From Octopus vulgaris (Eukaryota): a stretch of DNA of 64,000 bases. The translations under genes and the position numbers were made by a program. Within the stretch, counting starts at the first letter, position 1. Each line of letters starts with the position of its first letter. The notes below the pieces were generated by a model that had not been told where the DNA came from, ran no database searches, and worked only from the letters and a program-made list of their open reading frames with translations. Positions 1-13,755 of this stretch are shown here, in pieces. The stretch lies in NCBI GenBank assembly GCA_951406725.2, contig OX597815.1, positions 82,336,001 through 82,400,000 of the forward strand. Direction: 5' to 3'.

Positions 1-239
1 AAGCAGATCAGCTGGATGGGACTCAATCGATGTTGCGATTACCGAAATAACAGCTCGATGTTGGTATTGGAGTTGAAGCAGCAGAATGACTTCATCTGAA
101 ATTAAAGATTGGAAACTTAGCCTGTTGCTAAAACTTGGTCATGAAGTTTGTGTCATTCGCACATTAGACTGAGAAATTTGCATTCTTTTGGAAATAAGGT
201 TGCACGTAAAAATTCAATTTCTTTGGAAGCTGAAACTGT

Positions 240-420
240 TGTTGTTATTTAGCATCTTATCAGCCTTAATGAAATTAACTCATGAACAAAAACATGTGAT
301 CATCCTGTCGTTTTTTTTTCTTCTCAACGCGCATGGAACCCAAGATCTAAAGTAATTTGCGGGAGATTGGGTTACTATTTCTCGCAAGTCGGATAATCAA
401 CTTATAAGCTGCTTCGTTGG
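240..420 (+). mobile_element. Old dispersed repeat (family C, SINE-like), diverged copy
   Basis: Shares motifs gttgttatttagc...tcagcc and gatttg(c/a)gggagattgggttactatttct with 2335-2535 and with reverse-strand copies at about 27055-27760. Confidence 0.45.
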
Positions 421-842
421 GTCTTGACGCTGTGTTGGCAGCGAATATACCAGTGAAGATGTTAATGATGATGACTGGTGGTGGTGATAGTAATGAGGGT
501 GGTGACGTTGGATGTGGTGGCCTTTGTGGAGAAGGTGGTGGTGGTGGTAGTATTCTATGGTGAGGTGCTGTTGTTGGTTATGTTGGTAGCTGTGGTAGTA
601 TTTACATGCTGGATGTCTCTGTTGTTGTTATGCTGATTGATGGTAGCGATTGGCAGTGGTTGTTATAGCATTGTTGCTACGGTGGTGGTGGTGGCTGTCA
701 CCGAAGTTGTAGTAGCAGTGGTGGTGGTGGTGGTGGTGGTGAGAAATAATGTGGTTTTGGAGTAGCTGTGGCTGCAGTAACGTCGATAGCTGTGGTGGTT
801 GATCTGCTGCAAGTAGTAACAGTGGTAGTTTCTGGTGTTGCT

Positions 843-867
843 GTGGCTGTAGTAGTAGTAGTAGTAA

Positions 868-910
<43 letters not shown>

Positions 911-937
911 TGTTGTTGTTGTTGTTGTTGTTGTTGA
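843..937. repeat. (GTA)n-(GTT)n compound microsatellite within GTG/GTT-rich low-complexity DNA
   Basis: Directly visible; source of the poly-T/V/Y ORFs. Confidence 0.95.
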
Positions 938-1750
938 TGGTATTTCTGTGGTTGTTGTTGTTCGTGGTGGTGGTGGCACTGGTGTTGGGTGTTGAATCAA
1001 ATGTAGAAGTGTAGACGTAAAAAGAAAAAAAATAATAACAAAGTAAAAAGACCCAACAAAAAAAGCCCCCCCCCCCCCAAATGCATAAATAAAAAAAAAA
1101 CACTTAGCAAAAAGACCTTTCAAAACTAACAACAGCAAAAAAATAGAAAAAAAAAATCTCTCAAGTAACGTTATTACAAGACGAAGTTGTAGAATGGAAA
1201 TTACTTCATGTTGCCCCCTGTTGAAGTGTGTGAGGTGTGTGTGAATAGGGGCTGGTTCCGTTAGAGGCAGTGGTAACAGAAAGGCGAGACATAATTCGAG
1301 ATGTCTACAAGCAGTTGGGTGTTAGGTTTGGGCTTATGATGATGGTGTTGTCGCGATGGCGATGGTGACAACATTGGTATTGCTGTTGTAGTCGTTGTTA
1401 TAAGTGTTGTTTTTGTTGTTTGTTATTGGTAGTGGTGTTGATGTTGTTGGTGATGGTGGGGGTTGGTGTTAGAATCGTTTGTGGTGGTGGTGGAATTGAT
1501 GTTTATGTTGTTGTCGGTAGTGGTGGTGTGGTGATGGGGATGATGTCGCTATCGGTGTTTTGGTTGTTGGTGTAGGAGATGTTGTTGGTATTAGATAGAG
1601 TTGATGTTCTTGGTGGAATTGAGTCCCTTTTGATGGCGGTGGGTGCGGTGGGGTGGAGTCGGGGGTGGGCGGGTGGAGTTGGCAGTGATGCTGTTGGTGC
1701 TAGTGCTGACGGAGGAGACGAAGTTTATGGTGGAGGAGGAAAATATCGAT

Positions 1751-1892
1751 TTCAAATTTTGGCACAAGGCCAGCAATTTCGCGCCAGAGTATAAGTCAAT
1801 TACACTGACCTCCAGTGCTCAGCTAGTACTTATTTTACCCTTCCCCCCCAGATGGATGAAAGGTAATGTCGACCACGGCGGAATTTGAACTC
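1751..1892 (-). mobile_element. tRNA-derived SINE family A (Nin-domain-like), partial
   Basis: Reverse complement of gagttcaaattccgcc...gtcgac...ctttcatcc...aagtac plus tail gctggccttgtgccaaaatttgaa. Confidence 0.75.
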
Positions 1893-2259
1893 GGTAATAG
1901 TAGAGGTAGTGATTACAGTTCGGCTCGTTGATGGTGGTGTAGTCGTGAAGGTTGGTGATATTGGCAGCACTAAGGGTAGCACTGGTAGTGACTATGATGC
2001 TAGTTGTAGCGGACGTTGGTGGTGATGGTCGTGGTAATGATGTTGGTGAAAGTAGTAGTAGTAGTAGTAGTAGTAGTAGCAGTAGCAGTAGCCGTCGTTG
2101 TCGTGTCGTCTTCGTCATGGTAGTGGTAGTGATGGTGGTGGTGGTGGTCGCCGTCGTTGTCGTAGTAGTAGTAGTAGTAATAGTAATAAGGTTGTAGGAT
2201 GGCATTTACTCTGATTGTAATGATGTTCATGATAGCTGTGGTGATAGTGACGCTGGTGA

Positions 2260-2294
<35 letters not shown>

Positions 2295-2334
2295 ATTAGT
2301 AGTAGTAGTTGTTGTCGTTGTCGTTGTTGTTGTG

Positions 2335-2535
2335 GCTGTTATTTAGCCCTTGGTTAGTTAGCCCTGCTCGAACAAACCTGTTACTCAATGACATTCTCGT
2401 TCTGACTGTCTCGTATTTTTCTCTATCTTAAAAACTACATTAGTCCTTCTTGTTTTTTAAGGTGGCAAGAAAAATGTGATTTCAGCGAGACTTGGCTGGT
2501 GTTTGTATAAGGTCAAGTGACCTCGTAGAGTCTCC
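2335..2535 (+). mobile_element. Old dispersed repeat (family C)
   Basis: atttagccc...gccctgctcgaacaaacctg...gtgatttcagcgagacttggctgg...cgtagagtctcc, similar to 240-420. Confidence 0.5.
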
Positions 2536-2812
2536 ACCGCCGTGGTGCAGGCGGTGAAGGCTATATGTAAACTATACATTTACACTAACCGTAGTGCAAA
2601 TAATTATGTTTTTTTATCACATATTTCCTACCTGTTTGTTTTCTACCTCTCTCCCTCTCTCTCTCTCTCTCTCTCTAAGCCACCCCTCTCTCTGTTTCAT
2701 TTGTTTATTCTTTCTTCCTCCTTCTGTACCTTAATATCTCTCCTCCCCTTTCTCACTTTATACCACTCGCTTCCACTCTTTCTTTCCCCCCTCTATCTCC
2801 ATCGCTATCTTC

Positions 2813-2843
<31 letters not shown>

Positions 2844-3294
2844 CATGTGCTTTTTCTCTCGTTCGTCTCTTTACCCGATTTCTCCGCTTCCCTGTTGGTC
2901 TTTATGATTCTTTCGTCTAATTGTTGCTATTGTTGTTGTTGCTATTGTTGCTGATGTTGTTCTTTTCGTGATGTGTGGTGTCGGCGGAGGGGGGGGGGTC
3001 GGGGAGACGTACAAGATTATTGTTGCCAGTGTGGCGGAAGTGACGGCTGTGGCGGGGTGGCAAGTGGAAGCAGTGTCAGGATATTTTCTTTTGTATATTA
3101 CTCACCTTGCGGCCCTTAAATACATTCATTGTCCTATTATAGTACAACATACAAAAGTATATATAAACAAACAAACGGACAGACAAACAGACAAAGAAAC
3201 AAACAAAACAAATTGTTAAATATTCAAATAAATAAATACATACATAAAGCGAATATCTGGCCAAATCCTTAGAAGTATGTGTGATACAAAAATA

Positions 3295-3295
<1 letters not shown>

Positions 3296-3343
<48 letters not shown>

Positions 3344-3373
3344 TAAATATAAACGCACACACATATACAGAGA

Positions 3374-3426
<53 letters not shown>

Positions 3427-3445
3427 TGAGAGAGAGAGAGAGAGA
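3296..3445. repeat. (CA)n and (GA)n microsatellites
   Basis: Directly visible. Confidence 0.95.
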
Positions 3446-3678
3446 GCTTAAATGAAGCAAAAGATAGAGAGAGAGTGTTACCATAAGTGTATCCTCACTA
3501 CCGCATATATTCACCAATAACTTTGTGGCTTCTAGTTGGGTGGTCATGTTGATTACCATTACGATGATGATCAAAACGACAATCCACAGTATCTTCAAAA
3601 CCTTGTCATAGCCATTGTCTTAACCATCATCAAAATCATGACAATAATGAGTTTCCCCCTTATCGTCATTGTCATCGC

Positions 3679-3858
<180 letters not shown>

Positions 3859-4583
3859 GAAGGCAGTGAGCTGGCAGAATCGTTAGCATACCGGGCGAAA
3901 AGCTTAGCGGTATTTCGTCTGCCTTGACATTCTGAGTTCAAATTCCGCCGAGGTCGACTTTGCCTTTCATCCTTTCGGGGTCGATAAATTAAGTACCAGT
4001 TACACACTGGGGTCGATGTAATCGACTTAATACCTATGTCTGTCCTTGTTTGTCCCCTCTGTGTTTAGCCCCTTGTGGGTAATAAAGAAATAGGTATTTC
4101 GTCTGCCTTTTATCCTTTCGGGGTCGATAAATTAAGTGCCAGTTACGCACTGGGGTCGATGTAATCGACTTTATCCCTTTGTCTGTCCTTGTTTGTCCCC
4201 TCTGTGTGAAGCCCCTTGTGAGTAGTAAAGAAATAGGTATTTCGACTGTCTTTGTGTTCTGAGTTCAAATTCCGCCAAAGTTGACTTTTCCTTTTATCCT
4301 TTCGGAGTCGATAAATTAAGTACCAGTTGCGTACTGGGGTCGATCTAATTGACTGGCCCCCTCCCCAAACATTTTGTGCCTTGTATCTAGAGTAGAAAAA
4401 TAAAAATAAAGGCTTAGCGGTATTTCGCCCGTGTTTACGTTTTGTGTTCAAATTCTCCCGAGATCGACGTTGCCTTTCATCCTTTCGGGATCGATAAAAT
4501 AAGTACCAGTGAAACACTGGGGATCGATGTAATCGACTCTTCCGCGCCCCCAGAATGATTGCCCTTGCGAAAAAATTTGAAAC
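3859..4583 (+). mobile_element. Tandem array of SINE family A (one head plus four bodies)
   Basis: Head aaggcagtgagctggcagaatcgttagc with B-box-like gagttcaaattcc and core gcctttcatcctttcggggtcgataaattaagtacc. Bodies restart at ggtatttcg at 3909, 4093, 4236 and about 4419. Confidence 0.9.
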
Positions 4584-4720
<137 letters not shown>

Positions 4721-4727
4721 TATTGTT

Positions 4728-4950
4728 AAGGTGGCGAGCTGGTAGAATCGTTAGCACGCTGGATGAGATGCTTAGCGGTATTTCGTCCGCGGTTACTTTC
4801 TGAATTCAAATTCCGCCGAGGTCGACTTTGCCTTTCATCCTTTCAGGGTCGATAAATTAAGTACCTGTGAAACACTGGGGTCGATGTAATCGACTTAATC
4901 TCTTCTCTTACGCTACCAGGTCGCTCTTGTGGCAAAACATTTTAAATCAT
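4728..4950 (+). mobile_element. SINE family A, near full length
   Basis: aaggtggcgagctggtagaatcgttagcacg...gcctttcatcctttcagggtcgataaattaagtacc. Confidence 0.9.
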
Positions 4951-5230
4951 TATTAAAAGCTAGAAAATTCAGCATCAAAAGCAAAACCATCAACCATACT
5001 AATATCAACTGCAGAACAGTAAATACAACTTGGAAATGAGTGTGCTGTGTAACACACAAACAGACATATAAATAAAAATAATTTACTTCGACAAGTCGGA
5101 ACCTAACTAGTTGAAACTATTATCGCCTCTAACCATCAAATTTGGCTGCATAAATCTCGTATTCGTGAAATGGAACAAAGGACATCACGTTCATAGGAGT
5201 GATTTAAAATTTCAAGTAATTATAATGAAT

Positions 5231-5420
5231 TCAAATTTTGGACAAGGCCAGCAACTTCGGAGGACGAGTAAGTCGATTACATCGACCCCACTACTCAGCT
5301 GGAATTTATATCATCGACCACGAAAGGCAAAGTCGAACTTGGCAGAATTTGAACTCAGATTGTAAATGTCATTAAGCATTTCGCTCGGCGTGCTAACGAT
5401 TATGCCAGCTCACCGCCTTA
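5231..5420 (-). mobile_element. SINE family A
   Basis: Reverse complement starts aaggcggtgagctggcataatcgttagcacgccgagcgaaatgc. Confidence 0.85.
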
Positions 5421-5611
5421 AGGAAAGTAATAATAATAAGCTTCAGAATCAAGACTGAAAGATAGATGAGCAAAGAGGTGATCTGTACTTGATGAGGAAT
5501 TTTAATTGTAAGTATTGATAACAGAAATGGTGGGCAAGTAACTTATCAGTTTCCTAAAGTTATTTGCTATCTCTTATGCTACCAATTCCGAACTGGATGT
5601 GCTTATGTCTG

Positions 5612-5705
<94 letters not shown>
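5612..5705. repeat. (TCTA)n microsatellite
   Basis: Directly visible. Confidence 0.95.
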
Positions 5706-5708
<3 letters not shown>

Positions 5709-6149
5709 ATATGTGTGTGTATATATACATATGTATATATATATATTAAGAAGTCTCAAACTGGAGTTAGGCGGTTGAAATGTGATGATGACAAGGAATA
5801 AGAAGCAGAATGAACGAAGGGAGAGAATAGGTAACTGAGAAACTGAAAAAGAGCAAAATAGAAAAACTAAAAAGTGGTTGGCGATTTGTTTAGAAAATTT
5901 CGGTTAAGCGTGAGACAAAAATGAAGAGAGGATGAGTTGAGACAGAAGATGAGTGAAGATAATTTGGAATATGGCGTGGGAGAAAAACGTAAAAACTAAC
6001 TATAAACTATTTATACGTATCAGTAGAACCGTATACAACATAATCAGGATTTGTGAACACTTATGCAGGTGATACGAGTAAAGTGGTGTATGGGGCAAAG
6101 GCAGATATATTTATTATGTACGTTCGAATAGTGATAGCAGTTTGTGAAA

Positions 6150-7750
6150 TTAAATAAATATATAATGTTTTACCATATAATTAATTAGTGAAAATGAATG
6201 TCCGTATGCAAAAAGAAGTTCGGAGTTTGTATTCAAAGCTTTCCTGGAATGGAACAAAATTTTTAGCATTTCAGAGAGGCATGACTGGAAATGTTGAACA
6301 TTGGTTGAATAGTTTTGCGTAGTTCGAAACTTTCCCCTTTGACGTTGAAATTGGTGTGTTTATCTTAAAAAGCTACCAAAGTGTTCTCTGGATATCTGAC
6401 AGGTTTTGTGAAAGTATTCTTAAGGAGGTTATATCGTAATTTAAAAGTGGTAGACGTTAAAGAGACGGTTTCTTTATAATTGCCGCACTTACTGGTGTCA
6501 CGTTAGTACCAGAGACTATGGAGTTTGTAAGACATAAACCGCGAATGATATCCTCTATAAAGTAGACATCATTCGTGGTTTATGTGATGGCGTAGCTGAA
6601 AAGTAGTGATGGCAGCGGAGACGTATAGTATTTTTCGGTAATTTTCGACAAGGATTCAAAAATGCTACTCATATTTAAAATAGCAAACCCATATATTGTA
6701 ATATTTAAATATTCATTGATATACGAAACGACTGAGGTAGTGTATAATTACAAGTTTTATACATTTCTATAGAGGCAAGCACTGACTTCACTACTTAAAG
6801 GAAAAGTATACTTAAGTACGTATATATCGTTTTCCATTTTAACGCCCATTATTACTGTTTCTGATGTATTGTATCTTATATCTAAAAACCATAATATGAT
6901 GGGTTTCGATATAATAATCCGGTACGTTATCAAAAGAATTTTCCACATATAAGTTACTAAATAATCGGAAGTTAATATTTTGAACAAATTTTTATGTAGC
7001 TGGATGATGTTTCGAAATATGGATATAGAGGAAATTTTCGTTAGATTTTCTGTACAAGTGGTATTGATAAGTATATAAATTTAAATTAACTTAGTAGAAA
7101 AAAATACATTCTTTTGAGACTACCGTTGACTTCGTCTTTTTAATTCAAATCTTCTAATAAGAATATTTTCTCCAAATGCGCATATTTGTTAGTTAATTGT
7201 GATATATTTAGGCGTTTAACGTATCAGATATGATTTATAATAGTGGATTAATTCATATATTTGTGTCGAAATCTTTGACCACTTGCTGAAATTATATAAG
7301 TAAATATAAAGTTCTTTAATCATGAGAAGATTGAGCTAGATTTTCTTCCATGCATAACAGTTTTAATTTCGAAAATGTGTCTGCTGGCAACAGTTTATGT
7401 TATAGACTATGGTTTTAGCAATGGAAGGATAATAATCTGATATAAAACTGGGCTCATGTACATTATTTGCTATCGATGTTACAAAATTGCTATGATTAAG
7501 CATCAGGTCAGAAGTGAGAAGACAGACAATTTGTTGCACAAATCCCCTTATTCTACGATAGAAGCTAATCTTTACAATATTTCTTTAACGGTACAGAGCC
7601 AGAACATCCCAGTCTGTTAACTTGACATTAAGGATGTTAGCGGACTGGATTGTAAAGGCTATTTTGGAAAGAGATATGGATGACGATCTAGAAAGTCTGA
7701 AAGAAATTAACAAAACAACTAAGTATGGATATTATATATAGACCTTATTT
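6150..7750 (-). mobile_element. Heavily decayed Penelope-like retroelement (RT-thumb-GIY-YIG pseudogene)
   Basis: Manual minus-strand translation through stops and frameshifts gives SFISDYYPSI (RT), VNLNL..YQYHLYRKSNENFLYIHISKHHP (thumb), RGLCLTNSIV and STTFKLRYN (GIY-YIG region), in the Penelope-like order. Confidence 0.7.
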
Positions 7751-9771
7751 TAAGTTAGCTGAAACAGCAATCGGTAATCCAAGGAGAAAACAGCGAGACT
7801 AACTTAATTAAATGTATAGCAGTCTTGTATTATCAGTTAATTGACACCACACACACACACACACACAAAAACACATATACACTATTTATCGTATTCAGTT
7901 ATGTTTCTCCCATTCATAAAACCAAATGTACTTATACATACATACAACTATACACACATGTATGCGTACATATGTGTTAGCGTAATTGTATGTGTGCGGA
8001 TGTATATATCCGTGTATAAATAATGCGTGCCTGCATGTCTGTGTTGTGTGCCATCGTTGTATTACTCTATACGCTTTCACAAATGGATCTGCGGCATTCC
8101 TGCAGCAGAGGCGCGAAATTAGAATTGAATTAGGTACCGTTGTCAAACCAGCAAGCAGGAACATTTTTTTACACTTCTGAGCTAATTACTTTGCTAAAAA
8201 TAGTACGGTAATTTCTCTGAAATAGGCGTCAGCATTGCTTATCACCACACACACACACACACACAAGTATACCAGCATATACCAGCACACATAATGATTC
8301 ACTCACAGAATGCACATTAAGAAGATGCTTGTGTAACAATGTATAAAGGTTAGTATTATAGCTTTATAATGGAAATAAGAGAGCTAAAATACATCACTAT
8401 TTGTGTGTATATCAAAATTAAAAACATTTGACTCGTTTCGTGTTCATTGAAGATTTTTGATATTCATTCATATGACATTAAGATGAAACCACTGTCTGAA
8501 TTTATAGGTTTAGCTTCCTCTACATACTATCACGTGGTTAAGTTGATGTACATATGATTATGAGGTATTGGGTTCAATTACCAAATCGGATGATGCGTTA
8601 TGTTCTTAGGCAAGACATCATTTCACACGAATTCTGTCTGCAGCAAACAATATCTTAGAGACCCTTACGCCCAAATGTTGAAAGTGCAAGATACCAATGG
8701 CCGTTGACGGATACTGCATATTCTTTGATGACACTATAACACATATACAAACACAAACACACGCATGGTTTGAAATTGCTCCCTTGTTTATGAAAATTAT
8801 TTTCTTTTAGTCCAAATTTTACTGTTTCTACGACTCGATTCTTATATTTGAGCATAGATTTTCCACACTAATAGTGCATATATTTACGGTGTCAAATCTA
8901 ATCTATTCTAACGTCACGTATTTTGATTTGTTGTGTAGTTCCAAGTCAACCATGATCTAATAAACGTATGTCACGCAAGTGGTTCACTGAACTTTTAGAC
9001 TTGTGCTACAGCATCATAGCTCTGGATGTTAAGCATCCGACTAGTTGATGAGGGTTGTACATTTTGAACAAATTATACATTCTGACATGCAATGGTTAAC
9101 TGTCTGAGATGTTGGACTTAAACCTATGGGCGGTGAATTTTCTCCACTTTGCAGTCTGTTTCTGTATGTCTGCAGATTATTACAGAGTCTGCAACGGACT
9201 GGGCCAAGTTCACTCGCTTGATGCGAACCATGCAGCTACTCCGACTCATTTGTAATTTGCAATATGTTGCTTTCTCGTACAGTTTAGGTCTAATTACTTT
9301 ATGGATTCTGCCGTTCGTATTTTGTGCGCATGTGATTTTGTTGTGTACTGTGCATATGCGTTCCTTTATGTTAACGATCTAATTTTTAATTTTTAATTAG
9401 TATAAAACTAAATCTAATTAATTGGTATATAATGTACAGCTAGATTTATGTTATCGCAGTTGTTGGTTAGCTTCAGGGCAACTCAGATCGAATAGGTGTT
9501 CTAGCATGATAACTGCAACATTTTTAGCCATACTGTTAGTCTTTAGTTGCCTTTAGCGGAGTTAACTCTATGACAGGCATTCGTACAAGATACCCGTTCT
9601 CTTATCTTCTTACGTCATTTCCTGTAAGCAGTGACCCGCCAATATTCAGTCTGAGAATGAGTCGTAGCAGCATCACAATTCTGAGAGAGTCTGCAATAGG
9701 CATGGCCAGTATTCTTCTGAATAACATCTCTCTGTCTCTCTTTCTCTCTCCTATCTCTGTATCTATCTCTG

Positions 9772-9772
<1 letters not shown>

Positions 9773-9851
<79 letters not shown>
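9773..9851. repeat. (ATCT)n microsatellite
   Basis: Directly visible; another at about 10310-10430. Confidence 0.95.
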
Positions 9852-10310
9852 AGTCTGACTGTCTGTGTGTCTGTCATCTTCTTGTTTGTCTTCTTTTCCC
9901 TCTTTCTCTCTACGCAGACATACGCAAAATTACAAATACACACACATATGCTCCTTGTGTATGCGTTTCTGCATCAACGGTCGTCATCAGTACAACAATT
10001 GTTTCACCTTGATTCTAGCAGATGTGAGACTTAGACATAAATATAGTAGAAAGCATTAATGGGTTATTTAAATCCGAAAATTTACAAAAACTTGTTGTTG
10101 AAGGCTGATCTTTTAGAACTTGCATCTTAATAAGTAGAGCAGGACGTCCATTAAGCTTGATATTCCATGTATACATATTAGGAAGTAAACACACTTGTGT
10201 GTATGTGTGTGTATATATGTGTGTGTCTGTGTGGTAAATAAATGCATATATTTGTATGTATATATGTATGTATGCATGTATGTATGTGCATATAAACACA
10301 CACATATGTA

Positions 10311-10390
<80 letters not shown>

Positions 10391-10537
10391 CATCTATCTA
10401 TTTATCTATCTATCTATCTATTTATCTATCTATCCAACTTTTCATCAATCCATCCATCTATGCAGCCACCATTTTCTGAAGTCTATTTTATTTTTCTCCA
10501 TGCTAACCTCTGCTGCAGTCTTCCCTCTTTTCTTCCT

Positions 10538-10581
<44 letters not shown>

Positions 10582-11094
10582 TTCTCTCTTCCTTTTTTCA
10601 TAGGCGCATGCATGTGTGTGTGTGTGTGTGAGAATGTGTGTGCGTGCGTGCGCACGCGTGTGTATGTGTGCTTGTGTGTGTGTATGTGTGTGTGTGTGTG
10701 TGTGTGTGTATTTAAAAACATCACCCAGTCTATGTGACAAGGGGAAGAGGTGCTAAAGGTGTTAGGACAGAATATACAATGAGCAAGTTTGTGAATATGG
10801 TTGGCAATTTCTGAGACATGTAATCGAGAAGCATGGGTCGTGGTCACAAGGTCAGCTTTCCATACTAATTAGAGAGTCTAAATGTGCAATACTTGTTGAG
10901 TTTGGGTGGTGGCATAGGAAATGTGTTGGAAAGAGAAGAACGTAGGCTGTACAGTTGACACTGCCAGGAGACCAGAGAGCAAGGTTTGACATGTAAATAC
11001 ATATATCAACACATACACATAACGTACACAAACACACATATACGCCTATAGGTATGCATACATATGTATATTTCATACATGTGTACTTACACAC

Positions 11095-11110
11095 TCACAC
11101 ACACACACAC

Positions 11111-11162
<52 letters not shown>

Positions 11163-11500
11163 GTATATATATATATGTATGTATGTGATATATATATATA
11201 TATATTTATTTATTTATTTATTTATATATAAATAGATAAATATATATATATATACACATACGTACATATATACATGCATACACACACACATATATATATG
11301 TATATGTATATATATGTATAGATATATGTATATATTTATGTATATATGTGTGTGTGTATATATATGTATATATGTGTGTGTATATATGTGTGTGTATATA
11401 TATATATGTATATATGTGTGTGTATATATATATGTATATATATGTATATATATGTATATATATATAGACACACACACACATACACACATATATATATATA
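11095..11500. repeat. (CA)n/(TA)n/(TATG)n mosaic
   Basis: Directly visible. Confidence 0.9.
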
Positions 11501-11524
11501 CACCTTTAAACGCACTCGCATGTA

Positions 11525-11765
11525 TCTCTTTTTACTTGTTTCAGTCTTTGGAATGCGGCCATGCTGGGGCAATGCCTTGAAGGAAGCAGTCATGCAAAAT
11601 CATCTCATGTACTCATTTGTAGAGCGAGCTTCTTTTCAGTTTCCTTCTACCAAACCCACTATCATGGATTTGGTCGACTCGGGGCTATAACAGAGGACAC
11701 TTGCTCTAAGTATCACGTGATAGGACTGCCACAAAGTTGGGAAGAAAGATTCTTTACCGCACAGT
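11525..11765 (-). mobile_element. SINE family B (CORE-like), diverged and internally deleted
   Basis: Reverse complement of ...gagcaagtgtcctctgttatagcccc...ggtttggtagaaggaaactgaaa...gccccagcatggccgca...gactgaaacaagtaaaaag; compare 49345-49745. Confidence 0.75.
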
Positions 11766-12274
11766 TATAAATATTATAAATGTCCGCATTAAGAGCTATA
11801 CCTATCCACAAAATTGTTCTCACTGAACAGTCCAGAAAGTCTCACATACCTCATTGACAATCATCAGAATTGCATCCTGCAACAAGATAAGTTCAAAAGG
11901 TCTACAGTTTTTTTTTAAAACATTGCTAAAGAAAATGAAAATTTCAAGACAAATCAACGTCAAAAACCAAGTAATGCAATTAAAAGCGGCAGCATAAAAC
12001 TCCCTTATTCACGATAGCTCTATTGATGTAGTAGCAATTCCAACAGGTGGTACTGCAGTATCTACCACAGCCGTCGAGCTGAAACTAATAAAGGAGTCCC
12101 ATGGCTGTTTGTTGACAAATTTTTCCTCTCTGTAAGGGTAATTTACCCAGTATTTTTGCGTCCGCCAAAGAATATCATCTTATTTGTATCGTACGTTACA
12201 CATTCCGACATTTATAGAAAAAAAAAACAAAATAAGAAAAACAACAAAACAACGAATGTTTGTTTATATTTATA

Positions 12275-12671
12275 CTAGCAGTATCGCCCGGCGTTGCTCG
12301 GGTTTGTAAGGGAAATAACTATAAAGCATTTTTAGAGAGTTATAGCCAAAAAATAGCAAAAAAATGCATTAAAAATGGAAAAAAAATGATGGTAAATTTT
12401 TAAAAAAATCGTTGACTAATCGTAGACATTTTTAGAGAGTTACTTCCCTTATATAATAGAGAAAAAATGCATTAAAATGGAAAAAAATGATGGTAAATTA
12501 TTTTTAAAATCGTAGACTGATCGTAGACGCGCGCTAATACCCAGAAGGGCTCGATATGAATCACGACTATAAGATACCCGGTTTTGGTTAAACTGCACCG
12601 CAAAATGTGGGAGTAGTTAGGAATCTAAATCGTAGGAGACAGACACACAACCTTACTTTTATATATAAAGA
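12275..12671 (-). mobile_element. Non-autonomous Helitron-like element
   Basis: Minus strand begins TC (a|tctttatatataaaag) and ends with the hairpin cccgagcaacgccggg followed by CTAG|t. Inserted between A and T with no TSD. Carries an internal imperfect duplication of about 100 bp (catttttagagagtta...aaaaaatgatggtaaatt). Confidence 0.8.
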
Positions 12672-12774
12672 TATACGTAGTTGTTCGATTAGCTATTTAG
12701 CGTCTAAATTTGCGGTTAAATTTGTCAGCGGGCAAATTGTGCTTACGTTCTCGTAATCGAGCAGTTCGTCAAAA

Positions 12775-12896
12775 TGAGACCGATAGAATAAGTACCAGGC
12801 ATTTAAAAAAGCAGAAAATAAGAACTAAGGTCGATTCTTTCAACTAAAAGTTCTCCAAGGCGGTGCTCCAGCATGGCCGCAGTAAAAGATAAAAGA
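12775..12896 (+). mobile_element. SINE family B 3' fragment
   Basis: gagaccgatagaataagtaccaggc...aaggcggtgctccagcatggccgcag. Confidence 0.7.
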
Positions 12897-13369
12897 TCTT
12901 AACAAATACAAAAACTAACAAGATAGCTCTCCTCTTCAGGTTTATTTGAACTGAGGCCTTCTCTGGAAGTGAATTCTTTCATTTTCGCAGGATATATTTC
13001 AATTCTACCTGGTACAAACATACCTCTTTTGCACGGTAAACAATGTAGGGTGCAGGCGGCTTAGTTGTAGGCCACTACACCAGAGGTAACAAAGTTTGTA
13101 CTAGAATACAGAATAGTAAGAGGGACCAAACCTGACAGCTCTCTCTCGCGCGCACACACGCACATAGTCACGTGCACGCGTGCATAATAATTAAGTATTA
13201 GAGCTATAAAAATGTATACAATATATTATAAATGCGTATTACACTTGAGTGAACATTTAGTTTATATAAGCATGTATACGTTTGCATATATATATATATA
13301 TATGGAGGTGAAAGGTCGCCAAAAGGGTATGCTCCTACTTTCAGTGTTTACAAGTCCGAATTAAGAAAT

Positions 13370-13431
13370 TTTGAGCTGACGAAAGAAATGTCGAATTGTA
13401 TTTGGCTGATCTAGAAACGTACGTTCTCAAA
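13370..13431 (+). ncRNA. Type I hammerhead ribozyme-like motif (Penelope-like)
   Basis: Stem I tttgag/ctcaaa, core CTGACGA, extended stem II, GAAA, palindromic stem III acgtacgt, GUU cleavage triplet. Confidence 0.6.
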
Positions 13432-13620
13432 TAATCCTTGCACTTGTGATTTTTTAATGTTTTTACCCCCATACCTTCGTGGGTTATTTTGAGTAAACAC
13501 TATCTGAGAGAAATTTTCTTTAAGTATTAGAAATGGCTAAAAAAATTTTTTCTGGCTGCTATTTCTAATGAGTTCAGTATGTGGCAAAGTAATTTATTTT
13601 ACTAAGCCCTTTATAAAATG

Positions 13621-13664
<44 letters not shown>

Positions 13665-13755
13665 GTGAATGTATATAAATAAATATATATATATATAAAT
13701 AAACACATATATATATATATATATATATATAGATATATATATACACACATATATG

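Noticed and set aside
663-2230. Poly-T/V/Y/S ORFs (mucin-like appearance)
   Set aside because: They are translations of GTA/GTT/GTG microsatellites, open in several frames on both strands, with no domain or splice support.
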